Under the pieces are notes generated by a model, which was given only the letters and a program-made list of their open reading frames with translations, ran no database searches and was not told the origin of the DNA. Position numbers and translations under genes: made by a program. Positions 21,505 to 30,885 of a DNA stretch of 39,727 nt are shown one piece after another. Each line of letters opens with the position of its first letter. Position 1 is the stretch's first letter. The DNA is from a virus, in IMG/VR virus record IMGVR_UViG_3300046513_000137, positions 1 to 39,727 of that record. One strand, written 5' to 3'.

Positions 21505-22194
21505 ATGAAGGTAGTCATCGGGGTTCCGACCCTTACGAAGCCCCATGACGCCACGCTGAATGCAATCGAAGAAGCAATCCCGGCGCTCGACCGTGCCGGG
21601 ATTGTTCACAGTCTGGTGGCTGAAATAGGCTGCCCGTACATCAGTTGCGCCCGCGCGATCCTTATGCGCAAGGCATTCGAGGCCGACGCTGACGCAATCG
21701 TTTTTCTCGATCACGATGTTTCGTTTCGACCCGAAGACCTCGTGAAGCTGATCAAGGCCCCCGGCGACGTTGTTGCCGGAACCTATCGCTTCAAGAAGGT
21801 TGAAGAAGAATACATGGGAGCGCTGGTTGATGTGGAAGATCACCGTCCGATCGTCCGCGAAGACGGTTGCATCAAGGCTGATCGTGTCCCGGCTGGCTTC
21901 CTGAAGATCACGCGCGCTGCAGTCGAAAAGTTCAAGCGCTGCTTTCCTCACCTCATTTTCAAGGACCGCGACGGCTTTGAGTCCGTGGATCTGTTCAACC
22001 ATGGAGCTCACGATGGGCTCTGGTATGGCGAGGATTATGCCTTCTGCCGGAATTGGGTCTCCATCGGCGGGGAAATCTGGCTCGTTCCTGATCTGAACAT
22101 CGATCACCACCACGGCGAAGTCGCCTATCGCGGCAATTTCCACGAATTCATGCTGCGCCAGCCTGGAGGCTCGAATGAGCATCAGCAACTATAG
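21505..22194 (+). CDS. GT-A-type glycosyltransferase embedded in the head module
   Basis: Start is the internal ATG 21505 (MKVVIGVPT...). DxD-like motif AIVFLDHDVSF. WYGEDYAFCRNW resembles the GT2-like 'ED..fc' block. Confidence 0.65.
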   Translation: MKVVIGVPTLTKPHDATLNAIEEAIPALDRAGIVHSLVAEIGCPYISCARAILMRKAFEADADAIVFLDHDVSFRPEDLVKLIKAPGDVVAGTYRFKKVEEEYMGALVDVEDHRPIVREDGCIKADRVPAGFLKITRAAVEKFKRCFPHLIFKDRDGFESVDLFNHGAHDGLWYGEDYAFCRNWVSIGGEIWLVPDLNIDHHHGEVAYRGNFHEFMLRQPGGSNEHQQL

Positions 22195-22819
22195 TGAACT
22201 GAAGGCAGCAGTCGTCGACTGGATGGCGCGCACCGACCTGACCGGCAACGCGGCCGACTTCATCACGCTTGCCGAAGCCCGTTTGAACCGCCTGCTTGGC
22301 CCTGTAGGGACGACGGCGAACCTTACAGGCGTCATTGGCAACCAAACGCTCAATATCGCGTCTCTATCCGTTCAGGAGCCCCAGAACCTCTACGTGTCTG
22401 AGGGTGTGTCTGACTACTTCGTCGTTCCCCGCGCTCTCGGTACCTACTCCACAACCACGGTCCAAGGTCGCCCAACCATGTGGGCTATCGAAGGCGATAC
22501 GATCACATTCGATCGGCCAATGCTCTCGGCCTACGCCTTCCGATTTGTCTATCTCGGCCGGTTTGCACTCTCGGACTCGGCGCCAACCAACGAATTTCTG
22601 ACCAACCATCCGGATCTGTATCTTGCTGCGGCGATGGTCTGGGGCTGCGGCTATGTCAAGGACCAGTCCGGCGGCGTGTGGAAGCAGATGCTTGACGAGT
22701 TCACCGCCGAAGTGGCGCACGACAACGCCCGCAAGAAGCGCTCGCAGCTCACCGTTGACCCAGGCCTTGGGACGATCGGCCGCTATCGCTACAACAGCAC
22801 GGTTGATTCATCGCTATGA
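22175..22819 (+). CDS. putative head-tail adaptor / head-completion protein
   Basis: The call is based on position. The N-terminus ISNYSELKAAVVDWMARTDLTGNAADFITLAEARLN resembles a conserved podovirus adaptor-family N-terminus, recalled from memory. Confidence 0.5.
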   Translation: MSISNYSELKAAVVDWMARTDLTGNAADFITLAEARLNRLLGPVGTTANLTGVIGNQTLNIASLSVQEPQNLYVSEGVSDYFVVPRALGTYSTTTVQGRPTMWAIEGDTITFDRPMLSAYAFRFVYLGRFALSDSAPTNEFLTNHPDLYLAAAMVWGCGYVKDQSGGVWKQMLDEFTAEVAHDNARKKRSQLTVDPGLGTIGRYRYNSTVDSSL

Positions 22820-24273
22820 TGATCCCGTTTCCCGCATTTGAGCCGGATAAATCGCCATTCGAAGGTACGAGCAGCGCCAACGTCGTCAATGCTCTTCCAG
22901 TCGCCAATGGCTGGGGGCCGATGCCCGGGCTCTCCGTCATCACCTCCGCATTGCCTGGAGAGTGCCGGGGCGGCGTCTACGTGCGCACGGCAGCTGGAAA
23001 CTATGTCGTGATCGCCGGCACTGCGTCACGGCTCTATAAGCTGAACACAACAGATTACACATGGACAGACATATCAGGCCCGAGCGCGCCGTATAACGTG
23101 CCGCTACAGGATGCTTGGACCTTCACCCGCTTTGGCGACAAGTTGGTGGCGCACAACATCACTGACGCCATTCAGGTCTATGATATCGAGGCGGCTGGCA
23201 ACTTCGCAGATCTCGCCGGAAGTCCTCCGAAGGCGAAATATTCGTGGGTCGCGGGTGATTTCCTCGTCCTTGGCTATCTCGAAGGCACAAATGGCCAGAA
23301 GACGGTTCGCTGGTCAGGTGTCAACAACATCGAGTTCTGGACGATCAAGGAGCGCGGCGCAGACTTTCAGGAGTTGCCCGAAGGTGACGAGGTGATGGGC
23401 GGCTTTGCCGAGCAGGGCGGCTTTACCGTCATCCAGCGTGCCGCCATGCAGTTTTTCCCGTTCGCTCCAAGCTCTGGCTTCACCTTCACGCGAACCGTGC
23501 TCAATCCGAAGCAGGGGACGCTTGCGCCTCGGTCCATCGTCTCCATTGGCCCCGGCCGGTTCTTCTATCTCTCGGAAGACGGCTTCTTCGGCGGCGTCGA
23601 TCGCCAGCCAATTGGGGCTGAGAGAGTGGATCGCTGGTTCCTCGAACAGGTTGACCAAACTTATCTGGGCGACGTGCAGGGATCGGCAGACCCATTCGAG
23701 AAGATTGTATGGTGGAAATACCGCGCCCTGAACGGCAACTTCTACCGCCTCGGCTATGACTGGCAGCTAGACCGCTGGTGCACGACTGATATCGCGGTTG
23801 GCGAGATGATGGCGCTGGCGACCCCTGGCGTGACGTGGGACGGCCTATCGCTGCTTTATTCGCAGATCGACGACGTGACGGAGCCATTCGACAGCCGGTT
23901 GTTCACTGGTGGACGGCCGACCTTCGCAACCTTCACCACCGACAACAAGCTTGCGTGGTTCACCGGCCCAAACCTTCAGGCGACGATAGACACGGCAGAT
24001 GTCGAGATAGACAGCACTGTCCGCACGTTCGTCAACGAAGCGCGGGTGATAACGGACGCTCCAAGAGACCAGTTCACGCTTGCGGATGGGACCAGCGGCT
24101 ATCACGGGGATTCGGTCACGTGGTCCAGCGCCAATTCTGCCAATCGTGCTGGCCTCGTGCCATTCCGGTCTGATGGAAGACTGCACAAGTTTCGTCTGAT
24201 CGTCGCGGAAGGTGCCGTCTGGTCAATCGCTAGCGCAGTCAATGCCCACGGCACGGCGAGCGGAGAGCAGTAA
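22816..24273 (+). CDS. putative tail (nozzle/tubular) protein, beta-propeller-like
   Basis: A 485-aa ORF with an ATGA overlap. Assigned by position and the N-terminal motif FPAFEPDKSPFEGTSSANVVNALPVANGWGPMPG. Confidence 0.5.
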   Translation: MMIPFPAFEPDKSPFEGTSSANVVNALPVANGWGPMPGLSVITSALPGECRGGVYVRTAAGNYVVIAGTASRLYKLNTTDYTWTDISGPSAPYNVPLQDAWTFTRFGDKLVAHNITDAIQVYDIEAAGNFADLAGSPPKAKYSWVAGDFLVLGYLEGTNGQKTVRWSGVNNIEFWTIKERGADFQELPEGDEVMGGFAEQGGFTVIQRAAMQFFPFAPSSGFTFTRTVLNPKQGTLAPRSIVSIGPGRFFYLSEDGFFGGVDRQPIGAERVDRWFLEQVDQTYLGDVQGSADPFEKIVWWKYRALNGNFYRLGYDWQLDRWCTTDIAVGEMMALATPGVTWDGLSLLYSQIDDVTEPFDSRLFTGGRPTFATFTTDNKLAWFTGPNLQATIDTADVEIDSTVRTFVNEARVITDAPRDQFTLADGTSGYHGDSVTWSSANSANRAGLVPFRSDGRLHKFRLIVAEGAVWSIASAVNAHGTASGEQ

Positions 24274-24621
24274 ATGGCGGTTCTCGGCACATTCGTCGGC
24301 AACGTTTCGCAGCCGGTTTCTCTCAATCTGGCCGGAACGTCACTGACCGATCTGGTTACGGCGGCTGACGATTCCATAACTGCGGCCTCCATCTCATTCG
24401 CGAACGACTCGGGTGGTTCGGTCAACTGCTACGTCTATTGGTATCAGGCGAGAACCGCGACGGACTTCATGGTCTGGGTCGGGGCTGTTGCCTCTAAGAC
24501 GACGGTGACAGTTTCTGACATCCCCATCCGTTTGGCCGAAGGCGACAAGATCAAGGTCATAGGCGCAGCGAGCGTCAGGGCCACGTCGATCAATATGCTC
24601 AACTACGCTCTCAGCCGATGA
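24274..24621 (+). CDS. hypothetical virion-module protein (115 aa)
   Basis: Listed in the ORF track and contiguous with its neighbours. Confidence 0.6.
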   Translation: MAVLGTFVGNVSQPVSLNLAGTSLTDLVTAADDSITAASISFANDSGGSVNCYVYWYQARTATDFMVWVGAVASKTTVTVSDIPIRLAEGDKIKVIGAASVRATSINMLNYALSR

Positions 24622-25019
24622 AGATAGGCATAGCGAATGCTGCCGAGGTCGATCAGGTCTGGCCTCTCTTCTCCGCACGCCTTCAGGAAGCCTGCGACAG
24701 GACCGGGGGTGATATTTCGTCAGGCGAACTTTGGCAGATGTGCCGGTCAGGTCAGGCCTTTTGCGTTGTTGTCTTTGACGAGCAGCCGCGCGCGATCCTG
24801 ATCATGCAGTTCCAGAAGTGGACGGCAAAGACGGTCATGCGCTGCCTCGGCATCGTTGGCGATGGTGTCAACGACTGGCTCCCAGCGGCAAGGGATTTCA
24901 TCGCGAACATGGCGAGAGAAGGCGGCGCGACAAGCTTCGTGGCCGAAGGACGAGACGGTTGGGCGAAACTTTTCCCCGACGCGAAGAAACTGCGCACCAC
25001 TTACGAGGTCCAGATATGA
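24618..25019 (+). CDS. hypothetical virion-module protein (133 aa)
   Basis: Listed in the ORF track. ATGA overlaps on both sides. Confidence 0.6.
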   Translation: MKIGIANAAEVDQVWPLFSARLQEACDRTGGDISSGELWQMCRSGQAFCVVVFDEQPRAILIMQFQKWTAKTVMRCLGIVGDGVNDWLPAARDFIANMAREGGATSFVAEGRDGWAKLFPDAKKLRTTYEVQI

Positions 25020-25975
25020 CCGGTTCCAGCAAACAGACAACACAGACGACAAATTCCGCACCGTGGACCGGCGCACAGCCGGCGCTCAACACGGCGCTGT
25101 CTGGGGCTCAGAACCTCTATAACAGCGGCGTTGGGTCTCAGGTTTATACAGGCTCGACCGTTGTTCCATGGGACATCAACACTCAGCACGCCATGGGCGA
25201 CATTGCCCAGAATGCCGCCAAAAACACATATGGCGGCGGTCTTTCCGGGCAGTACCAGAAAATCATAAGCAACGGTGGCCGAACCGGTGGGCAGCAGAAC
25301 GCCGCGAACATCTATGCCGCTATCGGCAATGGTGATGGCTTAACGCCAGAACAACGGAATGCCATCAAGAACACCCAGAGCATAGCTAACGCGTCGTGGT
25401 CCGTTTCTCCCGAGCTTCAGAAGGTCATCGACCAGACGAACGCCGACGCCAACACCAACGTCAGCTTGGCTAACTCCGCTGGCGGTCGATACGGCTCCGG
25501 GTCTGGCAACGCGGCGATTGCGGATGCGGTCAGCAAGAACACCAACAATCTGCTGTATTCGGACCTTAACAACTTCCAGACCCGCAAGGACGCTGCGAAC
25601 TCCAGCCTCTACAACATGGGCCAGGGTGGCTTGGCCAACCGCATGAACGCCTTCAACGCGCTTGGTGCGCTCGACCAGCAGGCATTCGGCAACCTCGGCG
25701 CGGCCTATACCGGCATGCAGGCCCCGGCGCAGGCGCTTATGCAGGTAGGGGCGATGAACGAGGATCTGGCCACGCGGAACCTGAATGACAGGCTGCGGAT
25801 CTTCGACGCCCAGCAAAACAAGCCATGGGAGAATTTGTCGAGGCTCAATGCCATCGCGTCTGGTGCAGGGCAGCTTGGCGGCACGTCCACGCAGTCGGCC
25901 CCCGGTCAAAATCCGTTCCTCACTGCACTTGGGTATGGCGCGACAGGTGCCGGTCTTCTCGGGAGTTTCTTCTAA
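25016..25975 (+). CDS. putative internal virion / ejection protein (319 aa, N/Q/G-rich)
   Basis: Start is the internal ATG 25016 (MTGSSKQTTQTTNSAPW...) with an ATGA overlap. The composition and position are typical of podovirus internal proteins. Confidence 0.55.
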   Translation: MTGSSKQTTQTTNSAPWTGAQPALNTALSGAQNLYNSGVGSQVYTGSTVVPWDINTQHAMGDIAQNAAKNTYGGGLSGQYQKIISNGGRTGGQQNAANIYAAIGNGDGLTPEQRNAIKNTQSIANASWSVSPELQKVIDQTNADANTNVSLANSAGGRYGSGSGNAAIADAVSKNTNNLLYSDLNNFQTRKDAANSSLYNMGQGGLANRMNAFNALGALDQQAFGNLGAAYTGMQAPAQALMQVGAMNEDLATRNLNDRLRIFDAQQNKPWENLSRLNAIASGAGQLGGTSTQSAPGQNPFLTALGYGATGAGLLGSFF

Positions 25976-27022
25976 ATGGCTCTCTTCCCCACACTCGGCA
26001 ATCAGGTCGCTCCTTGGTTCGCAGGCAACGACCAGCCTTTCAACAACTCCAACACGCTCCTTAGCGTCGGGCTCGGACTGCTTAGCGGCAAGACCGCACA
26101 GGATCAGGTTGGGCAAGCGGCGTCGAACTTCGCCAACGAGCGACAGGCAGGGCGAACCTATAATCGCACCCTCCAGTTTCTTCGGCAGAACAACCCTGAT
26201 CTGGCGCAGGCTGTCGAGAGCGGCGCCATGGGCCCTGCTGATGCATACAAGCTCTATCATCAGGAAAAGTTGCAAGCGCAAAAGCCTGTAAAGAATTTCT
26301 CTTTCCAGACCCTTCCTGATGGCACATATGGGAACTACGACAACGAAACGGGTGTTTTCAGCCCTCTTGGCAAGGCCGAGAAGGCTGGCGGAATGGATGA
26401 CTACTCCAACCGTGCCAATGCAGCCAAGAGCCTGGGGCTAGCTCCTGATGATCCGCGCTATCAGGCGTTCGTCCTCACCGGGAAGATGCCGCGCGAAGAC
26501 GCTCAACCGCTCACGACGACCGACAAGAAGGCCATTCTTGAGGCCGACGACTCCATCTCAACGAACAAGTCAGCTATTGGCCTCCTCGATCAAGCGCTAG
26601 CCATCAACGACAAGGCTAATTCGGGCTGGTTCACCGGCACGCGTGCGACGATCGGCAACAACCTGCCGGATTGGGCGGTTCCTGATGCGATTTCGTCTCC
26701 GGAAAGCTCCGCAGCAACGACGGAATACGACAATCTGGTGCAGCAGGGCGCCTTGAGCCAGTTGAAAACCATCTTCGGCGGCAACCCGACAGAAGGCGAA
26801 CGCGCCATCCTGCTCGAACTGCAGGCGTCATCTAACAAGCCGCCTCCAATCCGCGCGAAGATCCTGCAGCGGGCGAAGGAACTGGCAAACAACCGGCTCA
26901 TGCTCAACCAGCAGCGCGCTGACCAGCTTCGCGGCGGTGACTTCTACAAGCCGCAGGGCGGGATGAGCGGTCAGGGCGGGCCTTCCGTCGATGACCTTCT
27001 CAAGCAATACGGTGGTCAGTAA
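25976..27022 (+). CDS. putative internal virion / ejection protein (348 aa)
   Basis: Listed in the ORF track and contiguous with the flanking internal-protein genes. Confidence 0.55.
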   Translation: MALFPTLGNQVAPWFAGNDQPFNNSNTLLSVGLGLLSGKTAQDQVGQAASNFANERQAGRTYNRTLQFLRQNNPDLAQAVESGAMGPADAYKLYHQEKLQAQKPVKNFSFQTLPDGTYGNYDNETGVFSPLGKAEKAGGMDDYSNRANAAKSLGLAPDDPRYQAFVLTGKMPREDAQPLTTTDKKAILEADDSISTNKSAIGLLDQALAINDKANSGWFTGTRATIGNNLPDWAVPDAISSPESSAATTEYDNLVQQGALSQLKTIFGGNPTEGERAILLELQASSNKPPPIRAKILQRAKELANNRLMLNQQRADQLRGGDFYKPQGGMSGQGGPSVDDLLKQYGGQ

Positions 27023-29412
27023 TGGCTATGCTCTCGGCCCAGCCGAACGCAAAGGGGCTCCTTTCGGCAGGCAATATCGACCTGTCAAAGCGGCCTGTCG
27101 TCAAGAATCCTGATGGCTCGATCAGCACAGTGCGTTCCATGTCGTTCAATGAGGACGGCAGAGAAATCCTCGTCCCCACGGTTTCCCCTGACGGGAAGCT
27201 GCTCAACGAGGATCAGGCTATCGATCTCTATCATCGCACCGGTCAGCACCTCGGCATGTTCGACAATCCTGACGATGCGACCGCATACGCTCAGACCCTT
27301 CATAGCCAGCAAGAGCAGATGTATGCACAGCCGCAGGAGGCGCCGAAGATGGACCGAATGCAGCAGCTTTCCACCGCACTCGTTAATGCCGACAAGGCAG
27401 GCGACGTAGAGGCGGCAAAAACGCTTGCTGCGGAGATCATCCGCATGCGTGGCGAGCAGGGGAAGGCAGAACCTTCGAAGCCAACGCCATCAGGCCGTCA
27501 CCTCACCTACGAGGAAGGTCTCGCCGCGATGGATGCCGAAGGGGCAAACGGCGCTGTTGGCACTGGCATGATGGGAGCCATCGAAGGCATCCCGGTTGCT
27601 GGCCCATATCTCAAGAGCGGCCTGCAAAAGGCTTCGGCTGGTCTGTCGTCTCTGTTCGACGGCGAGAGCTACGACACAAACCTAAAGCAAGCGCAGGCTA
27701 TCACGGACGAGGCGCAGCGCGCTCATCCTGGCATCAATACGACGGGTCAAATAGCCGGGGCTGTCGGTAGCATGATCCCGCTCGGAGCGACCGGAACAGG
27801 TGCACGCCTCCTCGGCTTGGCAGGCCCTACCTTCCGCGGCCGACTTGCTATGTCGGCTCTCTCTGGCGGCGGTATTTCCGCAGCCGATACCGCGGCTCGG
27901 GGTGGAGACGTTCGGGACGTGATCGGTAGCGGCGAGATTGGCCTCGGCATTGGCGCTGCCGTTCCTGTCCTCGGCGCAGGCATCAGCGCAGGCCTCCGCG
28001 GCATTGGAAACACCGTCTACCCGCTCGCGAACTCCATCATCAATCCCGCGGCAGAAGCTGGTCGGCGCGTCGGTACTGCTGTGGCTCGTGATGCCGCGGC
28101 AAACCCCACGGGGGTTCTTTCCGCGGCTGATGAGGCAGTAGCCCGTCAAGCCAATGTTCCTCTGGTCAACGCTGACCGCGGCGGGGAGGTCACGCGTGCG
28201 CTTGCTCGTTCGGTTGCGAACCAGTCCCCCGAAGCTCGCGCCATCATCAGCAATACGGCGGATGACCGCTTTGCGGGACAGTCTGGCCGTGCCATCAACT
28301 TCGTTCGTCGCCTGACAGGTGGCAACGCGGACGATATCGCCCACCAGGAGGCCATTCGTCAGCAGGCGCGAGCAGTCAACACGCCAGCGTATCAGGCCGC
28401 TAACTCGGCTCCTGAAGCGCAATCGATCTATACACCGACGCTCCAGCAGTTGATGCAGTCCCCGTCGTTCCGTTCTGCTGTCAATCAGGTTCCGCGGCGG
28501 TCGGCTGACCGCGGCGCCGTCCAAGGCTTCAGGGAGATAGGAAACCCGTTCTCGGTCAATAGCCGCGGCGACTATGTTCTTCGCCAAAGGGCAGACGGAA
28601 CGTTGGTAACGCCTTCCCTGCAGTTCTGGGATCAGGTCAAGCGCAACCTCGACTCCTCTATCAGCAAGGTCCGCGGGGATCGAACGCGGACGGCTGATCT
28701 TGAGGCTCTTCGTGGTCGTCTGATCGAGGAACTGGACAATGCCGTCCCGGCCTACCAGACCGCGCGCCGCGGCGCTGCTGGGTTCTTTGATGCAGAAGAC
28801 GCACTGGACGCTGGCAGGAACTTCTTGAACACGCCCCGCTCGATCCCAGAGGCTACCAGAGCTATCCGCGGCTTTTCTCCAGCAGAACGCCGCGCGTTTG
28901 AGACTGGATACGCATCAGAACTGATCGACAAGCTCAAGGTTCCCGGTGACCGGACGAACGTCATTAACTCCGTATTCGGCAACCAGGCATCTCGCGAGCA
29001 AATCCAACTTGTCTTTGGTCCTGATCGTGCACGGCAGCTTGAGGCCTATGTGCGTGTTGAGAACCTTGCCGACCGGCTCCGCGGGGCGATGGGCAACTCA
29101 ACGACTGCTCGCCAGCTTGTGGAAATGGGCCTTGGTGCCGGCGGCGGTGCTTATCTGACCGGTGATTGGAAAGGAGCAATCGCAGGTGCCGCCGCGGCCC
29201 GCGGAGCGCGTTACATCGGCCAGCGGGCTGACGCACAGGTTATGGAGCGCATGGCTCAACTGTTGACCACGGACAATCCGGCAAATCTTCGCCTAGCGGT
29301 GCAACAGGCAGCAAGAAACCCTGGGTACATGCGGGCGCTCCAGTCGCTAGAAACGGCGATTGGCGCACCGGCACGCGGCGCAGGGCCTGCTATTTCGTCG
29401 CAGCGTCAGTGA
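27022..29412 (+). CDS. large internal virion / DNA-ejection protein (796 aa)
   Basis: It is the largest ORF in the window. The N-terminal block GNIDLSKRPVVKNPDGSISTVRSMSF..REILVPTVSPDG is a conserved phage virion-protein domain as I remember it. It also has Gly/Ala-rich membrane-like segments. Confidence 0.6.
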   Translation: MAMLSAQPNAKGLLSAGNIDLSKRPVVKNPDGSISTVRSMSFNEDGREILVPTVSPDGKLLNEDQAIDLYHRTGQHLGMFDNPDDATAYAQTLHSQQEQMYAQPQEAPKMDRMQQLSTALVNADKAGDVEAAKTLAAEIIRMRGEQGKAEPSKPTPSGRHLTYEEGLAAMDAEGANGAVGTGMMGAIEGIPVAGPYLKSGLQKASAGLSSLFDGESYDTNLKQAQAITDEAQRAHPGINTTGQIAGAVGSMIPLGATGTGARLLGLAGPTFRGRLAMSALSGGGISAADTAARGGDVRDVIGSGEIGLGIGAAVPVLGAGISAGLRGIGNTVYPLANSIINPAAEAGRRVGTAVARDAAANPTGVLSAADEAVARQANVPLVNADRGGEVTRALARSVANQSPEARAIISNTADDRFAGQSGRAINFVRRLTGGNADDIAHQEAIRQQARAVNTPAYQAANSAPEAQSIYTPTLQQLMQSPSFRSAVNQVPRRSADRGAVQGFREIGNPFSVNSRGDYVLRQRADGTLVTPSLQFWDQVKRNLDSSISKVRGDRTRTADLEALRGRLIEELDNAVPAYQTARRGAAGFFDAEDALDAGRNFLNTPRSIPEATRAIRGFSPAERRAFETGYASELIDKLKVPGDRTNVINSVFGNQASREQIQLVFGPDRARQLEAYVRVENLADRLRGAMGNSTTARQLVEMGLGAGGGAYLTGDWKGAIAGAAAARGARYIGQRADAQVMERMAQLLTTDNPANLRLAVQQAARNPGYMRALQSLETAIGAPARGAGPAISSQRQ

Positions 29413-29546
29413 AGCAGGGAGAGGGTCCACGCACCCATGTCGTGGGCGTAGTTGGCCTTCAACCACCATCCTATCGGGATCAGCACTGCTGCGGCGATAA
29501 AATAGCTGATTACGGCAATCGCGTCCGGCTTAGGCGTCTCGTTCAA
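29407..29546 (-). CDS. antisense-oriented small membrane peptide (46 aa) in the only gap of the late operon
   Basis: My translation from TTG 29546 is (M)NETPKPDAIAVISYFIAAAVLIPIGWWLKANYAHDMGAWTLSLLH. GAGGA lies 8 nt upstream. Hand-counted third-position G+C is about 76%. Confidence 0.45.
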
Positions 29547-29622
29547 GTCTGAAATCCTCGGTTGGGTTCGCCGCCCACGCGCACGATAGACGAAGTTTCC
29601 CTAACATCCAAGTGAGGTTCAC

Positions 29623-30885
29623 ATGGCATCTCGCCAGCGTGAGTTCTATAGCCGCGCCTATGGTCAAGCCAGGGCGGCAGGGCTTCCAGATGCTCAAGCA
29701 CGCCTTGCCGCATCCCAAGCCGCTCTAGAGACGAATTTCGGCCAGAACTCCGTAGGTAACAACTATTTCGGCATCAAGGCCGGCAGCTCATGGAACGGGC
29801 CTTCTGTCACTGCCGGAACATGGGAAGACTACGGCAACGGGCCAGTCAGAGAGCGTGCCGCTTTCCGGTCCTATGAAGACCCGACCGACTCCTTCCGGGA
29901 CTGGCAATCGACATTAGGCAAACGCTGGGGCGGGGCTCTCGCTGCTCCGACGCTGTCTGATGCTGTTGAGGGCCTGAACTACGGTCGCCCTGGCGGCTAT
30001 GCCACGGATCGAAACTACGGCTCGAAAATCCGTTCCATTGATGCCCGTTATGGCCCATCGAGCATGGAAGTCGGTTTCGACGCTCCCACGCCAACGTCCC
30101 GGCCTCCTGACCTTGAAGGCATCCTCTCGGCCTCCGAGCCCGTCAGCCCGCAGGAATACGCCGCCTACAGCTCTCCGCTTACCTCCGTCCAACGCGCTCC
30201 CTTGAAGGACGTAAACATGCGCCTCCAGCAGCCCACTATGCAAACCGTCCCTGAATTGAGCTATGGCCGGTTCGCGACGACACCCTTCGACGAAGCCCGA
30301 TTTGCAGCCGCGCCCGGAGCAACCGGCAAGAACGCCCTCCGTCGCGGCCTTCTCGACCAGCAGCTAGACGCCGGCATTCTCCCATCTCTTGACAATCCGG
30401 CCTATGCGGCCATGGCACAGCCCGATTACGTGGACCCCACGGTAACGAGCGCCTACGCAGAACCGGCATCGATCAAGACGGCAGCCGTTCAAGCCCCTCC
30501 AGCCTTCGACGCGCAGCCGGGGCTAACGGGTGGCCTCCTGTCCCCGCAAGAGCAGCGGGCCGTTGCAGCGCAGCGCGCCTATCTCGATCAGCAGCCGTTC
30601 AACAAGGCCCCGTCGCAGTTCGGCAGCAAGGCCAAGCAGGCGGCGGGCAGCATCCTCGGGGCGGTCCTAGGCGGTCTCACGCTCGGGCCGGTTGGTGCGC
30701 TCGGCGGCGGACTGCTCGGCAATGTCGTCACGCGCCCCGGTGGACTGCTTGGCAGCCAGTTCCCCGACAAGCCAAAGTCTCAAAGCCGTGGCGACGGCAG
30801 CCTGACGGACTACGGCCGCTCTGTCGCAAATCAATCCAGTCAATTCTCAAGGGCTATGGCCTCTGGTGGAAAGGGTCTCTACTGA
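29623..30885 (+). CDS. virion-associated peptidoglycan hydrolase (FlgJ-type glucosaminidase domain)
   Basis: ALETNFGQNSVGNNYFGIKAG ... FRSYEDPTDSFRDW ... GGYATDRNYGSKI matches the glucosaminidase (PF01832-type) pattern. The C-terminus is Gly-rich and hydrophobic. Confidence 0.75.
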   Translation: MASRQREFYSRAYGQARAAGLPDAQARLAASQAALETNFGQNSVGNNYFGIKAGSSWNGPSVTAGTWEDYGNGPVRERAAFRSYEDPTDSFRDWQSTLGKRWGGALAAPTLSDAVEGLNYGRPGGYATDRNYGSKIRSIDARYGPSSMEVGFDAPTPTSRPPDLEGILSASEPVSPQEYAAYSSPLTSVQRAPLKDVNMRLQQPTMQTVPELSYGRFATTPFDEARFAAAPGATGKNALRRGLLDQQLDAGILPSLDNPAYAAMAQPDYVDPTVTSAYAEPASIKTAAVQAPPAFDAQPGLTGGLLSPQEQRAVAAQRAYLDQQPFNKAPSQFGSKAKQAAGSILGAVLGGLTLGPVGALGGGLLGNVVTRPGGLLGSQFPDKPKSQSRGDGSLTDYGRSVANQSSQFSRAMASGGKGLY

